Made by a program: the position numbers and the translations under genes. A stretch of DNA of 64,000 nucleotides from Promethearchaeota archaeon. Lineage in GTDB: Archaea; Asgardarchaeota; Lokiarchaeia; Sigyniarchaeales; SOKP01. Of the stretch, positions 1 through 8,475 are shown one piece after another. The first letter of the stretch is position 1, and the number at the start of each line of letters is the position of its first letter. Location: the NCBI GenBank assembly GCA_011364925.1, contig RDOA01000016.1, positions 1-64,000 of the forward strand. Reading direction: 5' to 3'. The notes beneath the pieces were generated by a model, which was not told where the DNA came from, searched no databases, and saw only the letters and a program-made list of their open reading frames with translations.

Positions 1-1014
1 ATAGTCTCTCGTTGTGGAAACATCTGTTCCGAATGCCCTTGGTCCATGTTCGTACGGCAGAAAATCGTTGAAGAAGATTGGGAAGAATATTCTCAGCGGA
101 TTAAGACCTACACAGGATATAAGCCAGTTAAATACGAATGGGAGGGATGTATTGGGTGTCACACACCTACGGACGAATTACCCAGTCACCCCTTTTATAA
201 TTTCTTAAAAAAATGTCGGACGAGAAAATGTGGGCAATATAACAAAGTTCCGAATTGTGCTTATTGCGGACGATTCCCATGTGCGAATACTGTAGCCAGC
301 GATAGGTTTTCTAGAGAAAAAGTCTCAAATAAGTTAGAAAAAGAGATTACCATTGAAGAGTATGAACATTATATTAAAATGTTTGATTCTATGACAAACT
401 TAAAAGAAATTCGGAGTAAGTTAAAGGATACTCAAATAAAGAATCCAAAGCCAGTAGATTATAAAAGGGAAATACCCGAGTCAATGGGAACATTTAAGGA
501 CGAAAGTTTCAAATTTGTATACGACGTACTAATTAAAATCGCTAATTCGAATTTGGGGATAAAAGGTATAGATACCGTTTCTGGTCTTGAATTGTATAAA
601 GAGAGGGAGGAATTCATTTGGAGATTTTTATGGCTTATTGGAACATTAGGTGATGTCAACGAACGTGAATTGAGCATTGATAGCGGTACTTTATACGATA
701 ATAGAAAACCGATCTCACTCCCGAATAACGAGAGAAGTTGGGAGGTTATTTTTGACATTCTAAAGGAATTTGGAATAGAAGCTGAATTAGAGATTAAAAC
801 TGATAAATTATACACACCTGGAGGGTATATGCGAGCCAAGGTTCCCAGTAGTAATAAGCCAGCATATCTTCTAAAGATGAAAACGAGCTCTAAACTTCAG
901 AAAATCCCCTTTTTTAAGACGCTAAATAAAATGCTCTTAGAATTGAAGAAAACTAGTGGAAAAAGGGCATTTTCAAATTTTAGAAAGTTTGATTTTAAAT
1001 CAATTATGAAGTAA
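1..1014 (+). CDS. DUF3795-domain (Cys-rich) protein with a C-terminal extension; 5'-truncated by the window edge
   Basis: Frame is open from base 1 (IVSRCGNICSECPWS-MFVRQ...). CG-x2-C-x2-CP, CIGC, CRTRKC and NCAYC...FPC motifs are typical of DUF3795. Confidence 0.75.
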   Translation: MVSRCGNICSECPWSMFVRQKIVEEDWEEYSQRIKTYTGYKPVKYEWEGCIGCHTPTDELPSHPFYNFLKKCRTRKCGQYNKVPNCAYCGRFPCANTVASDRFSREKVSNKLEKEITIEEYEHYIKMFDSMTNLKEIRSKLKDTQIKNPKPVDYKREIPESMGTFKDESFKFVYDVLIKIANSNLGIKGIDTVSGLELYKEREEFIWRFLWLIGTLGDVNERELSIDSGTLYDNRKPISLPNNERSWEVIFDILKEFGIEAELEIKTDKLYTPGGYMRAKVPSSNKPAYLLKMKTSSKLQKIPFFKTLNKMLLELKKTSGKRAFSNFRKFDFKSIMK

Positions 1015-1039
1015 AAAATGAAATTTTGTTGAAATTTTA

Positions 1040-2497
1040 CTAATTATTAAATCTCCTGGTTATCTCTTCAATAGCACTTAAGAAATCTTGCTTCTTTAGC
1101 TTAATATTGCCCAGTATTTCAGTAGAAATTTCATCAAGCTCGTTCTGGAGCTCCAGACTCTCTCTTTTCGCAGCATTAATCATCGCTAAGCGAACTACAC
1201 CTTTAATATCTGCGCCAGTAAAGTTAACTGAAATTTCAGAAAGTTGGCTTAAAGAAACCTCATCATCAATTATTAAATCTTTCGTGTAAAGTTGATAAAT
1301 TTTCTCTCTACTACTTACATCGGGTAGAGAGAGATGGATGATTATATCAAACCTTCCTGGTCTGAGCAAGGCAGGTTCTATTAGATCATATTTATGAGTT
1401 GTTCCTAATATAATTACATTCTTATATTCATACATCCCATCCATTAATTCCATAAGGAGAGTGACCATTCGGTGTTCAAAATACCAAGCATTACTTATCA
1501 TTCCTTTCTGAATCTGTGGAGCAAAAGATTCAATGTGATCGATAAAAATTAAACAGGGTGCATCATTTTCGGCCGCCTCGAATAGTTGTTTTAACCTTTT
1601 CTCTGAATCTCCTTGATATTTTTGAAATATATCTGTTATAGAGACATGCATAAAGTTATAATTAGTTTCATTCGCGATAACTTTTGCTAGGAGCGTCTTT
1701 CCTACTCCTGAAGGACCTACTAATAAAATTCCTTTGGGAGGATTAATCCCACTTTTTATATAAAATGAAGGATATGTAAAGCTTAATTCAAGTGCTTTTT
1801 TTATTTCTGCAATTTCATCATTTAAACCTATTATATCTTCATAACTAAGGATAATTCCTTCATAATTAAGATAAACAATTTTTTTGTTTATTTTAATTCT
1901 TGTATCACGAGTAAATCTAATTACCTCATCTCGAGGTTTTGTTTTTAAAACGATTAGCTTTAACGGTCCTACTGATGGTTTCCTCACTCTAGTTCTGCCT
2001 GCAAACATTCTCATAGATCCAATCACAGGATTATTGTCTTCTTCAACTTGAATGAAAGCTCCAGGAACATCAATAATGTCTCCAGTAGTAATAGGTTTAT
2101 CTATTAGTTTTCCTTTTATTATATCTGCCTGTTTCTTGATATCATACAATGGTTTAGTTGAAGCAAGCTCTATTTCTCTGGCTGGTGATGCAATACTAGG
2201 CAAAACTGTGACAATTTCACCTATAGTTGAACCCAAATTTTGTCTTTGAATTCCATCTATTTTTATACTATTTTTTCCTCTGTCCACAGAATCTACTACC
2301 ACAATACCCGCAGTTCTTTTTCTGCCGATAATCTCTATTATATCACCAGTAGATAATCCAATTTTTTCCAGTACATCTTGATCGATGTAACATAGACTTC
2401 TTCCACTGCGACTCGATTCTAACCTTTCTATTCTAAGTTTTGCTGATCTGTTTTGATTTTCTCTCAATTTTCCGTTATCATTTTTTTTATGAAACAT
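1040..2497 (-). CDS. CDC48/VCP-like AAA+ protein (CDC48_N + CDC48_2 + single AAA module), Walker B degenerate
   Basis: N-domain GDIIEIIG...[12 protein letters not shown]; Walker A GPSGVGKT; Walker B reads IFIDHIE; SRH region [11 protein letters not shown]; only one AAA domain in 485 aa. Confidence 0.85.
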   Translation of the reverse strand: MFHKKNDNGKLRENQNRSAKLRIERLESSRSGRSLCYIDQDVLEKIGLSTGDIIEIIGRKRTAGIVVVDSVDRGKNSIKIDGIQRQNLGSTIGEIVTVLPSIASPAREIELASTKPLYDIKKQADIIKGKLIDKPITTGDIIDVPGAFIQVEEDNNPVIGSMRMFAGRTRVRKPSVGPLKLIVLKTKPRDEVIRFTRDTRIKINKKIVYLNYEGIILSYEDIIGLNDEIAEIKKALELSFTYPSFYIKSGINPPKGILLVGPSGVGKTLLAKVIANETNYNFMHVSITDIFQKYQGDSEKRLKQLFEAAENDAPCLIFIDHIESFAPQIQKGMISNAWYFEHRMVTLLMELMDGMYEYKNVIILGTTHKYDLIEPALLRPGRFDIIIHLSLPDVSSREKIYQLYTKDLIIDDEVSLSQLSEISVNFTGADIKGVVRLAMINAAKRESLELQNELDEISTEILGNIKLKKQDFLSAIEEITRRFNN

Positions 2498-2597
2498 GGG
2501 CGTACCTTTCTAATTTCTTGAAGAAATAAGTGCAATTAGGTATTTAATACTAACGCAAAAAGTTAATTCTACCCAAGGAACTGATCGAATTGAGAAA

Positions 2598-2640
2598 TGT
2601 AAAATAAAAAACAAAATTATATGCTAATATAATTAGCATA
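2598..2640 (-). terminator. Hairpin plus T-rich tract downstream of the AOR-family gene
   Basis: Perfect 9-bp inverted repeat TATGCTAAT-ATA-ATTAGCATA (2620-2640), followed on the minus strand by TAATTTTGTTTTTTATTTT. Confidence 0.55.
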
Positions 2641-2644
2641 GATA

Positions 2645-4561
2645 TTATTCGATTAAACGACCTGCTTGTGCTAGTTTTTCAGCTATGTCATTTAACCTTA
2701 GATTTTCTAGGGTTTCACGTGTTTGCCATCCAGTTTCCTTATCCCATCCATGGAGATCATAGAATTTATCTAACATTAAATTATATTTATCCAGATCTAA
2801 TTTCTCACCTTTATGGGGTCCAGACTGAATTGGATCTTCAAAAAATCTTCGATGCGGTAAATCGTCTTTCCGCGTGAATCCTACATGTAGTGTATTAAAC
2901 GCTTTTTCTATGTTATACGATTTTTGTCCAAGCAGCATAAATTCTTCTTCGTTTAAATTAGTTCCAATCGCTAAGTTAGTTAAATCAACGTAATCAGAAG
3001 GTTCAAGCGCATACACTCCAGACCATGTTCCCACGTACACGCATATTCCTATGATATCTTCTATTTCTTTTGAACGCAGCTCCCAAAACACCATTGGTGG
3101 CTGGTCTTCGTAAGAAAAAGGATTAAATTTAGCCCCTTTTGGTCCAAATGCTATAGGTAAATTAAGACTTCCTCTCATATGACGTCCAGCAACAGGGGAT
3201 GTCGCACAGGCAAGAGACCATCCTTTTGCCAATCTGTAAGGATCAAGAGTATCTTGATATTTTTGGTGGATAGCAAATTGTTCTGAACCTTTTCCGAGTT
3301 TTTTTGCTGCTTCGACTACGCCATCAGCAAGATAATCGCCGAAACCCTTTCGGAAAGCGATTTTTTCTTGTAATTCCATCATTGCCTCTGTATTTCCCCA
3401 ATTTAATTCTAGACCATCTGTATCTCCTTTCGTTAATAGACCCTTCTCATATGCCTCAAATGACCATGACATCACAACAGAAGAATCATCTCCGTCCAAA
3501 CCTAATTCATTGGCATGGAGGTGGTATTTTAACGAAGCTTCTGGATCGGTTACATCCATTTTGCCCGACCACATTACGGAATTTATCCAATATCCTAAAC
3601 CCTTAGCACCTTTATATTTGCCCTCGTTGATTTCTGAAAATGGTTGACACCCTACCGGGCAAGCGTAACACGCTTGAATTTTTTTGAAGTGCTTTCCTAC
3701 ACCTTCTTTTCCCATCATCCTCGATCTTTTTTCACGAGACCAATGGACATCTTGGGAATTTCTAACGGTGTGCATCATCTCCCAAAGCTCGTCAAATTGC
3801 TCAGAATCATTATAAACTAAACCTCCAAGAGTTTTCTTTCTGAACAATTTAGCTGTGGGTCGACTCATAATTTTTTGATACGCTTCATATGCTCTTTCAA
3901 CGAATTTTTCTGGAAACGCAACTTTAATCTCCTTATGACCTCTTACTGCGATTGCTTTTATTTTCTTATCTCCCATAACGCAACCAACACCTGAACCACC
4001 AGCAGCTCGACCACAATCAATAATGATAGAAGATCCACGCACAAGATTCTCTCCCGCGGGTCCTATTGATGCAACTTCAAGCTTATTATCTTTTAATTCG
4101 TTTTTGAGCATCTCTTCTGTTTCATAAGTAGTCTTATTCCATAAATGCCCTGCATCGCGAATTTCTGCTTTTCCATCTTCGATATAGAGATAAACAGGTT
4201 TTTTTGCCTTCCCACTAATAATGATTTGATCAAAGCCAGCGAATTTTACCTCAGGACTGAAATGACCTCCAAAATTGGAGGACCCTTTACCGTTATTGAA
4301 AACATTTAAAGTATCAATATTCATTCGGTTTGCGGGAAGAATTGTTCCTACTAGAACTCCTGCCCCAAATATCAAATAATTCTCTGGATCATCCCATTTT
4401 ACACCAGGCGCTACTTCGTTGAGAAGAATCCAACTGCTTATTGCTCTACCCCCAATCCATTTTTCAGCATATACATTATCTTCCACTTTAATAGTGTCAT
4501 TGTTTAAATTAACTCTAAGTATTTTTCCAGTGATTCCACCTCGAATATTAAATGTACTCAC
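2645..4561 (-). CDS. Tungsten/molybdenum aldehyde:ferredoxin oxidoreductase (AOR/WOR) family protein
   Basis: GKILRVNL, SIGPAGEN, GRAAGGSGVGCVMGDKKIKAIAVRG, CYACPVGC, NELGLD, DIIGIC, YDLHGWD-x3-G. Likely GTG start at 4561, immediately after the upstream stop. Confidence 0.92.
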   Translation of the reverse strand: MSTFNIRGGITGKILRVNLNNDTIKVEDNVYAEKWIGGRAISSWILLNEVAPGVKWDDPENYLIFGAGVLVGTILPANRMNIDTLNVFNNGKGSSNFGGHFSPEVKFAGFDQIIISGKAKKPVYLYIEDGKAEIRDAGHLWNKTTYETEEMLKNELKDNKLEVASIGPAGENLVRGSSIIIDCGRAAGGSGVGCVMGDKKIKAIAVRGHKEIKVAFPEKFVERAYEAYQKIMSRPTAKLFRKKTLGGLVYNDSEQFDELWEMMHTVRNSQDVHWSREKRSRMMGKEGVGKHFKKIQACYACPVGCQPFSEINEGKYKGAKGLGYWINSVMWSGKMDVTDPEASLKYHLHANELGLDGDDSSVVMSWSFEAYEKGLLTKGDTDGLELNWGNTEAMMELQEKIAFRKGFGDYLADGVVEAAKKLGKGSEQFAIHQKYQDTLDPYRLAKGWSLACATSPVAGRHMRGSLNLPIAFGPKGAKFNPFSYEDQPPMVFWELRSKEIEDIIGICVYVGTWSGVYALEPSDYVDLTNLAIGTNLNEEEFMLLGQKSYNIEKAFNTLHVGFTRKDDLPHRRFFEDPIQSGPHKGEKLDLDKYNLMLDKFYDLHGWDKETGWQTRETLENLRLNDIAEKLAQAGRLIE

Positions 4562-4562
4562 T

Positions 4563-4826
4563 TTATTCTTCACCCTCCTCAATTGTAATAGCATTATAAA
4601 AACAAAATTTCACGCATAATGGTTGTTCTTCCCCTTGACAATTATCGCAAGTATCGTTCAAAGTCCAGCGCCAGATCCCATTAATGTGATCTCTCTCAAC
4701 GGAAATACTCGACACTGAAGGTTGAAAAGATTTGGTGTGGTGAAAAGAACATATCAATTCACAAGTTTTACACGCATAACACTTCTCAAGAGAATGCTTA
4801 ATTTTAAATGTACTCATACTTGTCAT
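4563..4826 (-). CDS. Small 4Fe-4S subunit associated with the AOR-family enzyme
   Basis: CYACKTCELICS and CDNC...PLCVKFC motifs; abuts the AOR gene. Confidence 0.85.
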   Translation of the reverse strand: MTSMSTFKIKHSLEKCYACKTCELICSFHHTKSFQPSVSSISVERDHINGIWRWTLNDTCDNCQGEEQPLCVKFCFYNAITIEEGEE

Positions 4827-4885
4827 CTTTATTTCTACAATCTTAACATTTAATTTTTTTAATATTTTAATTTTTTAACAAAAAT

Positions 4886-5635
4886 TTAGGTAATAGTAGA
4901 AGATCTTACGACTCTCTTTTTTTCGGTTAATTTTTCTGAGATCTCTACAATTTTTTTCACTCTATTAATTTCCAAAACTCCGTTCCTTCTATCAGATTCG
5001 CTACACACGGCACCTCTAAATCCAATAATATCTGTTCCTAAATTATAAAGCGTACTTATATCGCTTGGTTTAATCGATCCAGCTAAAGCCGCTAACAATT
5101 TAAATTTATGCGCTTTATTAACGAACTTACTCAATTGCTCAGAATCGATAAAGTCAAACAATTTTCGACCATCTTTTATATAGGTATCTAACATTGCTAC
5201 ATCGGCTTCAGCTGAATTACATATTTCTGGAATATCCATGGGGTTGATACCGTTAAAAATCTTGGAATCTGCATACCCTGCTCCAACAACAATTATATTT
5301 TGGTCAACATTTTTTGTTGCTTTAACTACGCTTTTTAAAAGTTTTACTCCATCTTTGATCGAGTTAGGACCGAGTAGTCCTACTTTTACGATATCAGCAC
5401 CACATATTGCAGCCCCAGAAGAAGCAAGAGCTGCTGTACCAGGTAAATTCGGCATATCTCCAATAGCAACGCTTAGAGTAAAATTACTACTATAATTTCT
5501 GATTTCTTTAATTAGCCACGGAAAGGCAGCACCAAGTGAACCTTCATTTGGATTTTTTAAATCGATTATATCAGCTCCTCCTTCAATAGCAGGTAGCAAC
5601 TCCTCAAAGGAACGGATACTAATCAAAACTTTCAA
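4886..5635 (-). CDS. mfnB: (5-formylfuran-3-yl)methyl phosphate (4-HFC-P) synthase, methanofuran biosynthesis
   Basis: LIS...GGADIIDLKNPNEGSLGA, SVAIGD, IVKVG, MLDTYIKDG, ALAGS and GFRGAVC motifs. TTG start preceded by GAAGGAG. Confidence 0.9.
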   Translation of the reverse strand: MKVLISIRSFEELLPAIEGGADIIDLKNPNEGSLGAAFPWLIKEIRNYSSNFTLSVAIGDMPNLPGTAALASSGAAICGADIVKVGLLGPNSIKDGVKLLKSVVKATKNVDQNIIVVGAGYADSKIFNGINPMDIPEICNSAEADVAMLDTYIKDGRKLFDFIDSEQLSKFVNKAHKFKLLAALAGSIKPSDISTLYNLGTDIIGFRGAVCSESDRRNGVLEINRVKKIVEISEKLTEKKRVVRSSTIT

Positions 5636-5675
5636 AACTTCTTAACTCCTTCAATTAAAAAAAAAAATAAAAATT

Positions 5676-6746
5676 TTAATGAGATGGAATACCAATCGCT
5701 GCGCCACCTACAGGTAATTCTTCTCCTAACGCTTTTTGCACCAGCATAATTACATGATACGGCTCCATCCCAAAATCTTTTTTGGAAGGTTGTCTCATGA
5801 CAGCAGCACAGATAGGACAGAAGAAAATATAAGCTTCTGCACCTGCATCTTTAGCATCTTGTAAATTGGTATGAACCAAACCCATTGCTCGTTCACGTTG
5901 AGTTGGAAATATTCCAGAACTGCAACACATCGAATTCTCTCTTTCATATTTACGCTTTACAAGTTCTACTCCTAGTAGATCAAAGATTTCTTCGATCCAG
6001 TCATAGATCGTCTCATCCAAAGAACCATGCGGGTTGTACCTTGAAGTACAAGGGCGTTGATATGCCACTTTAAAATTTAGCGGTGTTATCTCGTCTTTAT
6101 GCTCTCGCAACCAATTTCGAATGTATTCAATATAATGAACTGGCTTAAATGGAACTTCAATATTCTGAGATAACGCTTCGGCAGTTAATAAACCATAGCA
6201 AGCATCATGGTAAAAAATTATTTCTTTATAACCTGTTTCAGCTAAATTCTTTACCAAAGTAGGAAGATACTTGAATGGAGGATCTCGTTCTCCCATATGA
6301 GTAGCACCCATTCGACAACAATACGATCCACCCATTATTATCGTTAATCCTTCAAATAATTTTCCTGTGAAAATCTTATCCCAAGGAAGGACATCCATAA
6401 ATCCTCCTAATGAGATTGCTACTTTATCATGATCTCCTTTGATAATTCGATCTTCTTTTGTAGCCCATCCTCTAGCAGTTGTTTTAGCTTTATCAGGGTA
6501 TATATACAATCCAGTTTTTTGCTGCATAAAATTAATTAACTCCCATGGATTTGCCCCGGTTGGACAAAACTCGTTACAAGCATAGCAAGTTACACATTTG
6601 GAGAGTATATCTGCTGGTTCTTGACGAATTAACTTAGTAATATCATCCTTTGCCTGTTTTTCGTCGTAATCAACGAAAAGACATTTCGATAAGCATTCAC
6701 CTTTGCATTTAGAAAAATCACACCTTCTTAAATCAAATTGTGCCAT
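5676..6746 (-). CDS. HdrD/GlpC-like Fe-S protein with CCG domains
   Basis: N-terminal Cys clusters (CxxCxxxCxxxC; CVTCYACNEFCP); YCC...HDAC; YQRPC...MCCSSG...CPIC. Likely start MAQFDL. Confidence 0.8.
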   Translation of the reverse strand: MAQFDLRRCDFSKCKGECLSKCLFVDYDEKQAKDDITKLIRQEPADILSKCVTCYACNEFCPTGANPWELINFMQQKTGLYIYPDKAKTTARGWATKEDRIIKGDHDKVAISLGGFMDVLPWDKIFTGKLFEGLTIIMGGSYCCRMGATHMGERDPPFKYLPTLVKNLAETGYKEIIFYHDACYGLLTAEALSQNIEVPFKPVHYIEYIRNWLREHKDEITPLNFKVAYQRPCTSRYNPHGSLDETIYDWIEEIFDLLGVELVKRKYERENSMCCSSGIFPTQRERAMGLVHTNLQDAKDAGAEAYIFFCPICAAVMRQPSKKDFGMEPYHVIMLVQKALGEELPVGGAAIGIPSH

Positions 6747-6795
6747 TTTTACGATTCTCTTTTTTTTAGTTCGAATATATATATTTTTCAAAACT

Positions 6796-7110
6796 TTATT
6801 GGAAAGGTTTTTTTGTCTTATATCTGGTCATAGCTTGGTCCACATAAGCTGTCATTTGGACAGCTGAGCTTTGACAAGCCTCTGCACATTTTGCACAACC
6901 AATACAATATTCCGGAGCATCTAACCAAGCACGAGGGACTTTTTCGTCGAGTCCAAACAATACAATACCGCCTTGTGGACAAGCTTTAACACAATCGCCA
7001 CAACCATCACACATAAAAGGCATAAACCAGGGCATTTGTTTTGGAGGCTTTTTAGGTTTCTTTGGAATTTTCTTTGCTTTCTTTTCTTCTTCGTTTTTAG
7101 TTTCAGTCAT
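6796..7110 (-). CDS. 2x[4Fe-4S] ferredoxin with Lys/Pro-rich N-terminus
   Basis: CDGCGDCVKACP and CIGCAKCAEAC. Confidence 0.88.
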   Translation of the reverse strand: MTETKNEEEKKAKKIPKKPKKPPKQMPWFMPFMCDGCGDCVKACPQGGIVLFGLDEKVPRAWLDAPEYCIGCAKCAEACQSSAVQMTAYVDQAMTRYKTKKPFQ

Positions 7111-7209
7111 TTTCTTTCTATTGTCCTTTCAATTATTTTATCCAATAAAATTTCAAGTTTAAACTTATACTAATTTCAAAAAAAAAATTATGTTTAATTA
7201 TTTTATATT

Positions 7210-7626
7210 TTATTTTGGAAGATCGGTCCAAAGACCGTGTTCCCATTCTTCACATTCTTGAGCAGGTTTGAGATCAAGTCTTGTTCCTGCATAGCATCCC
7301 GGTTTAGTACAATAAAGTTCAGACAATTTTACTGTTAGGTTATAAATGTCTCCTTCTTTATTCACAGTTCCTTTACCTTTGAATTGATAACAAGCACGTA
7401 TACCTCCCGCTCGGGATACTCCAAACGCAACCCAAGGATTTTCAGATAATGCAGATTCAATAACTGAATATTCATCCCGAGATAACGCAAAAACTACTTC
7501 ATCATCTGAAACCGACTTTACATTTCTTGCAACGGTAACGAATGGGACTCCCGATTTACTTGCCACATTTAAGTGGCAACCAATTTTTACCCAAGATTTC
7601 ATCCTATCAGTTAGTTTTACAGTCAT
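7210..7626 (-). CDS. Pyridoxamine 5'-phosphate oxidase-like FMN-binding split-barrel protein
   Basis: VASKSGVP, LSENPWV, YQFKGKG and LSELYCTKPG pattern; paralog of the next gene. Confidence 0.7.
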   Translation of the reverse strand: MTVKLTDRMKSWVKIGCHLNVASKSGVPFVTVARNVKSVSDDEVVFALSRDEYSVIESALSENPWVAFGVSRAGGIRACYQFKGKGTVNKEGDIYNLTVKLSELYCTKPGCYAGTRLDLKPAQECEEWEHGLWTDLPK

Positions 7627-7638
7627 TTTTTATCCCTC

Positions 7639-8124
7639 CTATTGTAATTTCTCACCTACTTTTCCTTTTTCAATAGAATAAATCTCTTCTACATGTAAGA
7701 CTACGACTCCACGCTGAGCTGGTACAGAATAAACGACATCTGGAGGAACCTCGTCTGGAGGTTCTTTTTGATGCCAGTCACCCCACTCATCTAAGATTTC
7801 CTTAGTTGTTACACCATACCAATCAAAGTCTGGGGGAAAACCATATTCAAAATCAATCGCTTTACCTTTAAAGACCCAATCTCTTCCAGAATCCAATGGA
7901 TGACAAATTGCTATAATGCATTCAGGATTCTCTTTAAGATTCGTTTTGGTTTTAAGTAAAAACATATCTGAAATCAGGATTTTGTCGTCTTTATATGTAT
8001 CTACGTAACGCATTGCAGCAATATTTGGTTTACCATCAGCTGACGAGGTTGCTAAATAAACCAAACTGCCCCCTTTACCCGGAACGCGCAATCCTTCCTT
8101 CATTTCATTTGTTAATTTTACCAT
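7639..8124 (-). CDS. Pyridoxamine 5'-phosphate oxidase-like FMN-binding split-barrel protein
   Basis: LATSSADGKPN, DMFLLKTKTNLKENP, FKGKA, VEEIYS. Confidence 0.8.
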   Translation of the reverse strand: MVKLTNEMKEGLRVPGKGGSLVYLATSSADGKPNIAAMRYVDTYKDDKILISDMFLLKTKTNLKENPECIIAICHPLDSGRDWVFKGKAIDFEYGFPPDFDWYGVTTKEILDEWGDWHQKEPPDEVPPDVVYSVPAQRGVVVLHVEEIYSIEKGKVGEKLQ

Positions 8125-8475
8125 TTTTTTATCTCCTTTTTTGATATAGATATATATTTGATATAAAAAATATTAAATTAATATTCAAAATTTTTTATAT
8201 GAGTTAATCTATTTTTTCTTTTTTATAAATGTTTCTGTATGACTAATGATTCAGAGCTGAAAATTAAGGTAAAAAGAAAAATAAATTCTCTTCAATCTAT
8301 ATCCAAAAACTTTAATTTAAACACTTTTTTTATATAGTAAGAACTTTACTTTGGATGCTTGGATCTATCTAATATAAACAGACATTTTTTTAAATGAAAT
8401 TCCAATATTCTAATTAATTACTGTAGAGTGCTAAAGTTAATAAAAAAAAAGAAATTCTTTGGTAGTGCATTAAGA

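Noticed and set aside
4548-4817. Shared TTAAATGTACTCA at the starts of the AOR and Fe-S genes (both MSTF)
   Set aside because: A 13-bp AT-rich match, too short to infer duplication or regulation.
2645-7110. Class II benzoyl-CoA reductase (Bam) assignment
   Set aside because: No HdrA/BamE, MvhD/BamF or CoA-ligase genes nearby, and no BamB-type Cys ligand after CxxCxxxC; kept only as an analogy.
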